Part shown: positions 7,301-16,434 of the stretch, in pieces
Position numbering within the stretch: the first letter of the stretch is position 1
Layout of the letters: each line of letters starts with the position of its first letter
Assembly: GCA_002293725.1 (NCBI GenBank)
Contig: DBDU01000015.1
Location: 19,793 to 83,792 of the forward strand
Length of the DNA stretch: 64,000 nt
Origin: Patescibacteria group bacterium UBA924
GTDB lineage: Bacteria; Patescibacteriota; Microgenomatia; UBA1400; PJMF01
Direction: 5' to 3'
The notes under the pieces: generated by a model
The model's input: the letters and a program-made list of their open reading frames with translations, nothing else
The model's database searches: none
Told to the model about the DNA's origin: nothing
Program-made: the position numbers and the translations under genes

Positions 7301-9655
7301 GTTCAGATCACTCAGCGCGTAATGAGTGAAGACGTCATCACCTTGGTCCATGTGTGTTCCATTGAGATCAAGGTAAGCAAGATTAGAGTTGCCACCTGTA
7401 GGTGTGGTTGTCATGTAAGCGCCGAGGCGACCACGCTCAAAATCCAACCGAATTGCGCCAATATCTGTATAGGTAAAGTTTTGGAAGCCCACCCCATCGG
7501 TCAGGTTAAAGACATATAACCGATAAATATCTGACATCCATAAATACTTCTTTCCTTCATAAACTCCCAAAGCAAAGCCGTTCAAGTCTGAGCTCATTGC
7601 ATTTACGCCAAACAACGCAGGATAGTTAAATAAAGTACTGACCTCTGTAGTTTTGTTGTATTGGTAAATCTGTCCGCCTAAGTAGTACCACAGCATATTG
7701 CTATCTTGGGGATCTTGCCAAACTTCCCACAGCCCACGGCAGTCTCCATAACGAGGACAGATGTTGGTGTTATTCAGGAGTTGACGAGAAACGGTAATAT
7801 CTTCTTTTAAGCGAAGCTTTCCATTTCCCCAAATAATATTTGAGGAGCTAGGGATGTCTTGGTTGGCAGTACTTTCGAAGTTCTCCTCAAACGTAAACTC
7901 ACCTGGCATTGGATCTTCAGGATCAACAATCGTGAATGTGTCATCAACTACTGCTGAGCGTCCTGCGCCATCAGTACATCGCACATCGACGGTGTGGACT
8001 CCCAAACCCAGTTCAGGCAGATCAACAGAGAATGTTTCTGTGTAGCTGTCATCATAAACACCGCCATTGGGTAAGGTGATCAGTTCATACCCGCCATCAT
8101 CAATCTGATACTCTAACTCACTGATAAAGCTGTTCGTATCTCGATAGGTATTATCAGTACAGCTTCCAGTAATGGTCGGCGTCCTATCGGTTAATGGATC
8201 TGGAGTAACCTCGTCCATACTGACGATAGGATCAGAGTTATCCAGTGCATCAATAATGACAGGGTCGTAATCAGCACTATAGTTGCCAGCTTCATCCTCT
8301 ACACGGAAGTTAACTAAAATCACTCCATCAATATCACCAAAAGAACTTAAGTCCACAGTGAAGTCAAAAGTCTCTTCTGTGGCACCAAATGAAGAGTCAA
8401 CAGGCTGAACCGGGTGATCTGCATAGAACTGCAAAGTTCCTTGAACAACGTGGTAGATCTCATACGCAGCACCAACAATGCCCCGATCATCGGTACAGGT
8501 AATACCCTCGTACTCCAAAATCTTAGAGTAGTGTGGACTTGGATGATTAATAAAACCTTCGGTACATGAAGGAGCTATAGGATCGATATCGACTTCAAAT
8601 GATTGCGAGGCCTCATTGCCCCACATATCACCCGCATAGAAAGTAATAGTATGCGGACCAGCGGAAGGTGAGAACTCAATCTCCCACTCCTTATACGTTT
8701 CAGAAGACTCGTCTTCATCAATCAGTACATAGTTTCTTCCCTCATAGTCAACTTCGTACTGGATGTAACTAATGTAACTGGCATCACTGACCGTTCCTGA
8801 GTACTCCAGTGGATTTTTAGTCACGCCTTCTGGCGCCTCAGTAAAGTTAAAGATGGGCAGGTCTTCTTCATACTCATAATCTTCACCACCACCATCTTCT
8901 AGGTAGGTAAAGTAGTAAGACTGCTGTGACTCATTACCATACGGGTCTCTGGCATAGACAGAAAACTCATGCTCGTTTCCATCGAAAAGATCAGACGGGC
9001 CAGGATAACCGCTTGAAAGATTTAAATCGTAGTATTGGTGGTCATAGTTACTACTGTTTGGATAAACATCCCAAGGTTGTCCGTCAACATAGACGACTAC
9101 TTCTTCTAAATAGTCATCGTAGACTTGAAAGTAATAGGGCATTGAAGTTGATTCAACTTCTCCCTCAGTGTACGTATCAAAGTAAATAACGGGACTACTT
9201 GCATCTGGATAAGGCTCAAATGAGAACTGTTCAGAAATTTCTTCGTCTGCCTCTGTCGTGGCATAGAAAGTAATAGTATGAGGATTAAAGTCAGCGTACG
9301 CTCGTTGATCTAGATAGAAATAAACATACTCATCAATATCATTAAACGGACCAGAATCACTAAACTCTTCTAAACTTACTCGTCCACTGTTATCAATTTC
9401 GTAGGAAATATCGACGATCGCCGACTCATCACTATGGACTGAGAAGTTATAGTAGTACTCCCAATAGCCGTTATTGATATCTGCACCATAAGTATTTGGG
9501 CTCTCTCCGCTGGAATAAAAATCAAAGTAGACCACTGAGTCGGCCATTGCTTGGTGCGTAGCTAGCAAAGTAGCCGCTGTAACAGCAACAAAGATGAAGG
9601 CTGCAGCAAGTAATTTTGCTTGGAGACTGAAGAGTTTTTGTCTAAAGATAAGCAT
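4358..9655 (-). CDS. Giant acidic surface protein (Ig-like repeats, beta-propeller, C-terminal TMs with carboxypeptidase-regulatory-like domains)
   Basis: ~1765-aa ORF with a signal peptide ending AMA-D, repeated HTITFYAxDxxGN-type Ig units, a Ser/Pro linker and C-terminal TM segments. Confidence 0.85.
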   Translation of the reverse strand: MLIFRQKLFSLQAKLLAAAFIFVAVTAATLLATHQAMADSVVYFDFYSSGESPNTYGADINNGYWEYYYNFSVHSDESAIVDISYEIDNSGRVSLEEFSDSGPFNDIDEYVYFYLDQRAYADFNPHTITFYATTEADEEISEQFSFEPYPDASSPVIYFDTYTEGEVESTSMPYYFQVYDDYLEEVVVYVDGQPWDVYPNSSNYDHQYYDLNLSSGYPGPSDLFDGNEHEFSVYARDPYGNESQQSYYFTYLEDGGGEDYEYEEDLPIFNFTEAPEGVTKNPLEYSGTVSDASYISYIQYEVDYEGRNYVLIDEDESSETYKEWEIEFSPSAGPHTITFYAGDMWGNEASQSFEVDIDPIAPSCTEGFINHPSPHYSKILEYEGITCTDDRGIVGAAYEIYHVVQGTLQFYADHPVQPVDSSFGATEETFDFTVDLSSFGDIDGVILVNFRVEDEAGNYSADYDPVIIDALDNSDPIVSMDEVTPDPLTDRTPTITGSCTDNTYRDTNSFISELEYQIDDGGYELITLPNGGVYDDSYTETFSVDLPELGLGVHTVDVRCTDGAGRSAVVDDTFTIVDPEDPMPGEFTFEENFESTANQDIPSSSNIIWGNGKLRLKEDITVSRQLLNNTNICPRYGDCRGLWEVWQDPQDSNMLWYYLGGQIYQYNKTTEVSTLFNYPALFGVNAMSSDLNGFALGVYEGKKYLWMSDIYRLYVFNLTDGVGFQNFTYTDIGAIRLDFERGRLGAYMTTTPTGGNSNLAYLDLNGTHMDQGDDVFTHYALSDLNSQSFLGSLIDSAENRVYAGSYFDGFYVWGDNNTPSDPSDDIVDVTTDGDYQNVFTGMILDPDGRLIFGTANNSNGRLFVITDDGDDPYSWDDDTIVQLAYPAQIGYRNIYGIQYIEGQNGVGDQLLLNTEGSIPVYLNFNDTYTNLTDDTFIEFDLTGGVRPSNAWTYLDNYSTLYSVNKNQGFYKSAMTRGWVDGGAAVAIPTRPPQQLVVDNFVAEANASAPIADASGVGGSNFSFMAAVGEHLIPQAYAAPGDPIRYYVSTDGGVTWQEVTLGQLQQLQQSDYRVKFKIELYEVDNATPVLTSYSLSYAGYPEEELATTTTGLSVSPSTNATTTNASFSVTVEGIDVLGYKNPNYDGNVTFTLIDTGTGNPTDGLNVTNLAINDGTGTASGVQINKTGTFKIRVTDGTFTQESGTITITSGASLPSPYLGFSASKFKIQKGEIVELHWASSNLTSFVINPGNNQLSAPTGTFYVHPTETTTYTITGTGPYGSAVASLEIKVEGELSSGTSSSPSPTPDASATPTSSVDPSATAGAGGGLANPSATPVPASFGIVSSADQTIVRGQKAEISWNIPDADEVTIDYPETRTISPNGSFEFFPLDTTVITITARKGDEVVTKKITVTVLDAPAEVQQIARALQERLPWSTPLISGAIQASKTLPKIGLAAAAALELAVVGLLALAVASQAGIMAALNLRTLLNLFRTAGVLPAKQRKGFVHQTKNGSPIPFAAISVYEGKNQLGAPFVSLVSDMYGVYLEPFLPKGEYTMTVGHDGHVFPTKLQRPAHLSFKDFYKGEVLGIASAKQSQAVLVPMDNKLGDKGGSLKYSLLLLLNRTLHWLQWAVYPLAALSILAFWIAPTVINGLILVVYAVVLLPKLVSLFKKPTLKGRIIADGDRRGIANATIVLTRQDGSVVAISKSDAHGNFELYAPKGKYGINVISPNMVWKEAKAGTMSMVTAAVGAKPLTIEMTTITNPFAAV

Positions 9656-9662
9656 AAGCCAA

Positions 9663-9687
9663 AACACAAAAGATTCCCTTTTGTGTT
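9663..9687. repeat. 10-bp perfect inverted repeat over the translation initiation region of the giant surface gene
   Basis: AACACAAAAG-ATTCC-CTTTTGTGTT. Could be an operator or an RBS-occluding hairpin. Confidence 0.5.
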
Positions 9688-9790
9688 GTCAAAACCAGTA
9701 TGGCTGTTTTTTTACACGAGGGCAACCGTGAGTTTGGAGCGTTTTTGTAGAATAAGGAAGAGAGTCTGTGCTCACGTTTAGCCAAACTCT

Positions 9791-9799
9791 TGATATAAT
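9791..9799 (+). promoter_or_regulatory. Extended -10 promoter for tRNA
   Basis: TGATATAAT 26 nt upstream of the tRNA. Confidence 0.65.
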
Positions 9800-9825
9800 A
9801 AGCCGTCCACGCTGGTCATAGACAT

Positions 9826-9899
9826 GTCAGGGTAGCTCAACCGGTTAGAGCGCCACACTCATAACGTGGAGGTTGGGAGTTCGAGTCTCCCCCTTGACA
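9826..9899 (+). tRNA. tRNA with CAT anticodon (elongator Met, or Ile2)
   Basis: Acceptor GTCAGGG/CCTTGAC, D-arm GCTC..GAGC, anticodon loop CTCATAA and T-arm GGGAG-TTCGAGT-CTCCC. Confidence 0.9.
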
Positions 9900-9920
9900 C
9901 ATTTTTTTAATTTTCGATCT

Positions 9921-10205
9921 TTATTCCCAGCCGTACATTCTGCGGAAAATAGCTGTTAGTGGCGCAGCTTCTTCTGGAGTGTAGACGTGTTTCACAATGA
10001 ACTTACCAACTGTTTTGCCATCACGACGCGTCTGTTCGATGATCTGAATCTCCGCCACTGCAGTCCAGTCTTTTTGAGTCAACCAAATTTGAATGTCATC
10101 AGCTAATACGCTTAGTTCTTTGGCAAACGAGTACTCTTGTCCCACTTGTAGCTGACCGCCAATGTCTGAGCGCAAAATGTTATTTACATTAATCACAAAT
10201 CCCAT
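9921..10205 (-). CDS. Small hypothetical protein, DUF2584-like
   Basis: SD AAAGGAG. The pattern MG....N.IL...W.A.A.I.I resembles DUF2584 from memory. Confidence 0.55.
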   Translation of the reverse strand: MGFVINVNNILRSDIGGQLQVGQEYSFAKELSVLADDIQIWLTQKDWTAVAEIQIIEQTRRDGKTVGKFIVKHVYTPEEAAPLTAIFRRMYGWE

Positions 10206-10234
10206 ACAGACTCCTTTGTCTGTTTGACTATACC

Positions 10235-10264
10235 AAAACGGCTCCCTTTCGGAAGCCGTTTTTT
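10235..10264. terminator. Intrinsic terminator downstream of groEL
   Basis: AAAACGGCT...AGCCGTTTT hairpin with A/T tracts on both sides. Confidence 0.8.
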
Positions 10265-10301
10265 ATTGCTGTTTTTATAAGCAAGTACCTTCAAAAACGT
10301 C

Positions 10302-11936
<1,635 letters not shown>

Positions 11937-12239
11937 TTACTTAATTGTTGCTAAAATATCTTCAAACTTTAAGAACTGGTACTCAACGTCCCCAACCTTA
12001 AAGTCATTTCCACCCCAGCGTTTATAGATGACATGATCACCTTTCTTGACTGGTGAAGAAACTTTTTGACCATCAATAACAGTCTCGCCGCCCACGGCTA
12101 AGACGACACCGTACTGTGGTTTTTCTTCATGATTGTCAGGTAAGTAAATGCCTGACGCAGTTTGTTTTTGGGATTTAGCTGGCTCTACGAGTACATATCC
12201 GGCCAGTGGATGAAGTTGTGAAACAGAAAGATCTGCCAT
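11937..12239 (-). CDS. groS: Co-chaperonin GroES
   Basis: PL..VLV, TASGIYLP, G.V.AVG and EDILA motifs. Lies directly upstream of groEL. Confidence 0.98.
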   Translation of the reverse strand: MADLSVSQLHPLAGYVLVEPAKSQKQTASGIYLPDNHEEKPQYGVVLAVGGETVIDGQKVSSPVKKGDHVIYKRWGGNDFKVGDVEYQFLKFEDILATIK

Positions 12240-12269
12240 ACGACCTCCTCATGTAAGTAATTAAAATTT

Positions 12270-12296
12270 CTAGCAGCGAATATAGTTGACTGCTAA
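12270..12296 (-). promoter_or_regulatory. CIRCE-like (HrcA) operator
   Basis: TTAGCAGTC-N9-CGCTGCTAG, compared with consensus TTAGCACTC-N9-GAGTGCTAA, upstream of groES. Confidence 0.7.
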
Positions 12297-12307
12297 TTTT
12301 CTGTCAA
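12279..12307 (-). promoter_or_regulatory. Sigma70-type promoter of groESL
   Basis: TTGACA-N17-TATATT overlapping the CIRCE. Confidence 0.75.
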
Positions 12308-12331
12308 GACGTAAGCAGACTCAACTCAATA

Positions 12332-12994
12332 TTAGTGAGTCAGGGGCGTAGTAGGCTCGCTGAGTACCACGTTGGGGGTGGACTGAGCAATCATGGCAAT
12401 ATCTTCTTTAATGACCGTTTCTTCTTTGCCACGGCTAGTCAGGTGTTTAACTTCAGAAAGCAAGAATCCTTCGCAGTTCAAGCCACGATTTTGGAAGTGA
12501 TAGTTTAGGTCATCTTTGACCATCTGCTCAACAGCTGATCGATTTTGTTTAATTTGATCTAGCGTTAACTCGGAAAAAACGGAAGCGACGCGACTACGAG
12601 AGAAAGGACGAACAACTTTAGAAACCATGTTCTCACCAATGTTCTCCCACAGCTCAGGAGCATTATGGCGATCAATTCGGAAGAGGATCGAACCTTCAAT
12701 AGAGATATCTTTACCATCTTTTGTGCTGGTATTAATTGGTTGATCACCAAGTGACTCTTTATTGGCTGAGAGATCGAAGTCACGACGGATGGAGTACTCC
12801 AGGATCTGAGCATTAAAAAGTTTGGCAATCTGCCAAAAAGGAATCTTTAAGTGAAGTCCTGGTCCCCAAACTCGAGGAAGAACACCTCTCCCACGATCGT
12901 ATACACAGGCAACATGGCCTGGCGGGACAGAAATAAAGAAGCCTCCAACGACTTCATCAACCATGAAAGATACAACTAAGCGGTCAAGCTCCAT
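12332..12994 (-). CDS. SPFH/prohibitin (band 7) domain protein
   Basis: VPPGHV, GPGLHLKIPF and TKDG.I.I motifs. Confidence 0.85.
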   Translation of the reverse strand: MELDRLVVSFMVDEVVGGFFISVPPGHVACVYDRGRGVLPRVWGPGLHLKIPFWQIAKLFNAQILEYSIRRDFDLSANKESLGDQPINTSTKDGKDISIEGSILFRIDRHNAPELWENIGENMVSKVVRPFSRSRVASVFSELTLDQIKQNRSAVEQMVKDDLNYHFQNRGLNCEGFLLSEVKHLTSRGKEETVIKEDIAMIAQSTPNVVLSEPTTPLTH

Positions 12995-13033
12995 AGTGGA
13001 TGTATTCTACTCCAGTTCTGTGTGTTTGTCTGC

Positions 13034-13816
13034 CTACTTTGTCTGAACGATAACTGTCTCTTCACCCATCTCGGCCAAGCGCTGCTTCTCTTCTTGCTCA
13101 AGCTGATACTGTTCCCATCGTCTACGAACATACTTAAACAGAACAAGCATCAAGCTAATTATGAGCGTAGTAATCACAAATAATTTCTTTCCTGCGGGGA
13201 AACTCATAAACACAATGAAAGATAAAACGGGCAAGATCAGTTGTAAGCGAACGACTTCACCTTTGGCTGGTGGATAAGGTGAAGTTAAGATAGATGCTGT
13301 TTCTACTAGGAAAATGAGCAGTGACTGTAAAAAGTTCAACAGAATGTTGGTGTGAGTAAGGTCATATTTATTTAAAAAGACCAAGTTGAATGGCAGATCA
13401 ACTTTAGGCATAAAGGGATAGATCAGATGAATATCTTCACCTGATAACCCGGTCGCAAACATTCGCCATAGCATGATCGCGATCATCACCTGGACAAACA
13501 GTGAGAATAGCTCACCTACTACTACTCCACGATTGCGGCGGAAAAGTCGCTTAGTCTCGCTGCGCAAACGAATGGGATCGTTGGAATAAATTTGGTTCAA
13601 CTCTTCGTTTCTCTTGACCAACTCTCGCCGTTCTTTCTCGCCGCGATCCTCCATTAAAGAAATAGGTAAAAGTAAGATTCGGATCACAATCGTCAGTAAG
13701 ATAACGGCGATACCCATGTCTGGATTCCCCCGAGTGACGAAGTCCAACATCCAGTAGAAAAAGACCAAAACATTCAACAGCGGCTGGTAGATCAGAACAA
13801 CAAAAAGGTGTGCCAT
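13034..13816 (-). CDS. yidC: Membrane protein insertase YidC/Oxa1 family
   Basis: YQPLLN.L, GIAVILLTIVIRILLLP, a coiled segment and FPAG..L; about five TMs. Confidence 0.85.
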   Translation of the reverse strand: MAHLFVVLIYQPLLNVLVFFYWMLDFVTRGNPDMGIAVILLTIVIRILLLPISLMEDRGEKERRELVKRNEELNQIYSNDPIRLRSETKRLFRRNRGVVVGELFSLFVQVMIAIMLWRMFATGLSGEDIHLIYPFMPKVDLPFNLVFLNKYDLTHTNILLNFLQSLLIFLVETASILTSPYPPAKGEVVRLQLILPVLSFIVFMSFPAGKKLFVITTLIISLMLVLFKYVRRRWEQYQLEQEEKQRLAEMGEETVIVQTK

Positions 13817-13830
13817 GGTGTTTTATATTT

Positions 13831-14166
13831 CTATCCCTGAAGTCTTTCCTCGGGAAATAGCGCGTGAATATATGCTGCGCATTCCTGGAGCGCTCTTGAA
13901 TACTCCGTTAATAACCCTAACATCTCTTGATCAACATCATCGTGTTCAAAGTCCAAGTTAACGTACTCTTGAAAAGCTTTAAACATTTTGAAGGTTGTCT
14001 GTTGGTGTTCTTTCAGCCAACCTTGTTTTTCATCGAGGGGAAGGTTTGCAACCCGCTCTAATTGATCCACAACTCCCTGTAATTGGTGTAGCTTACTAAA
14101 GACGCTAACCTTGAGTGGCGGATGGAGTAAGTGATCTTGGTAAAAGCCAAGTGGCTGTCGTTGCAT
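13831..14166 (-). CDS. Hypothetical alpha-helical protein
   Basis: ORF co-oriented with yidC. ATG at 14166 lies 8 nt below a TATAAT. Confidence 0.65.
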   Translation of the reverse strand: MQRQPLGFYQDHLLHPPLKVSVFSKLHQLQGVVDQLERVANLPLDEKQGWLKEHQQTTFKMFKAFQEYVNLDFEHDDVDQEMLGLLTEYSRALQECAAYIHALFPEERLQG

Positions 14167-14174
14167 GCTGACCA

Positions 14175-14182
14175 ATTATAAT
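14175..14182. promoter_or_regulatory. Overlapping back-to-back -10 elements (ATTATAAT)
   Basis: TATAAT on both strands, 8-9 nt from the divergent ATGs at 14166 and 14192. Confidence 0.6.
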
Positions 14183-14191
14183 ACAGCAACG

Positions 14192-15292
14192 ATGCATACC
14201 CTAATTGATATCAAACAAACTGATGAAGCCCACGTTATTGCCGAGGCTTGCCGTGTTTTAGCCGCTGGCGGATTGCTCATCTTCCCTACCGAAACAACCT
14301 ATGGAGCGGGAGTCGATGCCACCAACCAGGAAGCAGTCAATAAGCTTCTCTCTTATAAAAGCCGCCGTGAGGGAAAACCTCTTTCCATTGCGGTAACAGA
14401 TCAGGAGATGGCAGCGAAGTATGTTGAGATTACGGACTCGGCTCGTCGTCTGTATGAACGGTTTCTTCCAGGACCAGTCACAGTCGTCTCGCGTAGTAAG
14501 GGTACGGTAGCTGACGGAGTTGCCTCTGAGTACGGAACACTTGGAGTTCGTATTCCGGCATATCCACTGATCTTGAAGATTGTGGCAGCGTATGGCAAAC
14601 CGATCACTGCAACTTCGGCTAATGGCTCGGGAGAAAAACGCCCTTATACGATTCAAGATATCTTTGACGGACTTTCTGAAAAACAAAAATCACTAGTGGA
14701 CTTTGTTTTGGATGCTGGTGAGCTTCCCAAGAATCCTCCCTCTACAGTAATTGATACTACTTTAGAAACACCTGTGGTTTTCCGCCAAGGTAATGTAGCA
14801 GTTGAGGGTGCGACAGATGCGGCGACGGCTCGTTACACCACTCGATCAGAAGCAGAAACACAAGAAGTGGCACAACGGATCATGCTCCAGCACTGGGAAG
14901 ACCTCAAAGAACGCGGTCTTTTTATTGCCCTTCATGGTTCATTGGGCGCTGGTAAAACTGTTTTTGTGAAGGGAATAGCGCAGTTTCTCGGTATTAAGGA
15001 AACACTCACCTCACCAACGTACGTTTTTATGCAGCAGTATGCTTTTAATCGTCATAATGTTGAGGGACGGCTGCATCACTTAGATATTTGGAGACTTGAA
15101 AAACCAGAGCTGATTCATCAACTTGGCATTGAAGAGTTGTTGGGACCTCGAGAAGTGGTTGCTATAGAATGGTCTAGCCTTGCCGATACCGACTTACAAA
15201 ACATGATCAAGAAACATAACGTCAAGTACATTGATATTCATTTGACTGACCAGAAAGACACCCACCTGATTGAAGTGAAGGCTACAGATTAA
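14192..15292 (+). CDS. tsaC: Fused TsaC (Sua5/YrdC threonylcarbamoyl-AMP synthase) - TsaE (P-loop ATPase)
   Basis: N-half has FPTETTYG, KxR..KPL, PGPVT and TSAN.SG. C-half has GSLGAGKT, SPTY, HLD.WRL and IEW. One uninterrupted ORF. Confidence 0.92.
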   Translation: MHTLIDIKQTDEAHVIAEACRVLAAGGLLIFPTETTYGAGVDATNQEAVNKLLSYKSRREGKPLSIAVTDQEMAAKYVEITDSARRLYERFLPGPVTVVSRSKGTVADGVASEYGTLGVRIPAYPLILKIVAAYGKPITATSANGSGEKRPYTIQDIFDGLSEKQKSLVDFVLDAGELPKNPPSTVIDTTLETPVVFRQGNVAVEGATDAATARYTTRSEAETQEVAQRIMLQHWEDLKERGLFIALHGSLGAGKTVFVKGIAQFLGIKETLTSPTYVFMQQYAFNRHNVEGRLHHLDIWRLEKPELIHQLGIEELLGPREVVAIEWSSLADTDLQNMIKKHNVKYIDIHLTDQKDTHLIEVKATD

Positions 15293-15296
15293 TACC

Positions 15297-16379
15297 ATGT
15301 CAAACTTTATTCTCTCCATTGATACGTCCTGCGACGATACTTCAGCTGCTGTTACCTCTGGAACTGCGGTGTTATCAAATATTGTGGCTTCTCAGGTAGA
15401 GTTACATAAAGAGTTTGGCGGCGTCTTTCCCACGGTAGCCAAACAAGCGCATCGTGAACGAATCAAACCAGTAGTTGAGTTAGCACTCAAACGAGCAAAG
15501 CTCACTACCGACCAACTAGCCGCGATTGCGGTCACTCAAGGACCAGGTCTCGCTCCGGCTCTTGAAGTAGGTGTAGAGTTTGCCAAACAGTTGGCTGGAC
15601 AGCTGCAACTCCCTTTACTTCCGATCAACCACATTGAGGGCCATGTTTTATCCGTTCTGGCAAAACCAAGTACTAAGCTTGGCTCGCAGCAACCAAACTC
15701 TTTTCCTGCGCTGTCGGTGATTGTCTCTGGTGGGCATACCGAGTTTGTACTAGTAAAAGAGCCAGGTAAGTATCAACGGATTGGTTGGACGGTTGATGAT
15801 GCTGCTGGTGAGGCACTTGATAAGTTCGGACGAATGGTGGACTTGGGCTATCCAGCTGGTCCAGTCGTTGAAGAGTTTGCCAAACGCGGTGACGCAAAAG
15901 CCTTTGCCTTTCCTTTACCGATGACTACCACTGATAACTTTTTGATGAGCTTCTCCGGATTGAAGACAGCAGTCCGAAGAAAAGTCGAAGAACTGGAGAG
16001 TGGGTCAACTCTTTCACAACAACACATTTTTGATTTATGTGCAAGTTTTCAATACGCGGTATTTCATGCCATTACTTATAAATTGAATAAATATTTACAG
16101 AAAAGAAATAATGATCTCACTCAGCCCAAACTCTTCGGTGTTTGGCTGGGTGGTGGAGTAGCTGCCAACACGACGCTAAGAGCTATGTTAAGAGAGACAA
16201 TACGTCCCTACCAGCTCTCTCTTGCTGTTCCATATAGCAAGAAGTTGTGCAGTGATAATGCAGCCATGATTGGCGTAGCAGCTGGGTTTGTTTTAACTGA
16301 GTTTAAGGAACACTCTCATCCAGAAACGCTTCAGATTGAACGACTGCCCAACTGGCAGATTGGATCAACAACCTCTTAG
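15297..16379 (+). CDS. tsaD: tRNA N6-threonylcarbamoyladenosine transferase TsaD
   Basis: IDTSCDDT, GPGL, HIEGH, VSGGHT, DDAAGEA.DK and DNAAMIG. Confidence 0.97.
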   Translation: MSNFILSIDTSCDDTSAAVTSGTAVLSNIVASQVELHKEFGGVFPTVAKQAHRERIKPVVELALKRAKLTTDQLAAIAVTQGPGLAPALEVGVEFAKQLAGQLQLPLLPINHIEGHVLSVLAKPSTKLGSQQPNSFPALSVIVSGGHTEFVLVKEPGKYQRIGWTVDDAAGEALDKFGRMVDLGYPAGPVVEEFAKRGDAKAFAFPLPMTTTDNFLMSFSGLKTAVRRKVEELESGSTLSQQHIFDLCASFQYAVFHAITYKLNKYLQKRNNDLTQPKLFGVWLGGGVAANTTLRAMLRETIRPYQLSLAVPYSKKLCSDNAAMIGVAAGFVLTEFKEHSHPETLQIERLPNWQIGSTTS

Positions 16380-16388
16380 CTTTTAAGT

Positions 16389-16417
16389 AAAAAAAGCGAC
16401 CCTCTCGGATCGCTTTT
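16389..16417. terminator. Bidirectional terminator between tsaD and nrdJ
   Basis: AAAAAAAGCGA...TCGCTTTT hairpin. Confidence 0.75.
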
Positions 16418-16434
16418 CTTTGTTTCTTTTTCTT

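Noticed and set aside
2888..9899. Possible genomic island between two tRNAs next to a tyrosine recombinase
   Set aside because: No att-like duplication of either tRNA 3' end was seen. The recombinase looks like a housekeeping Xer, and the cargo includes dprA.
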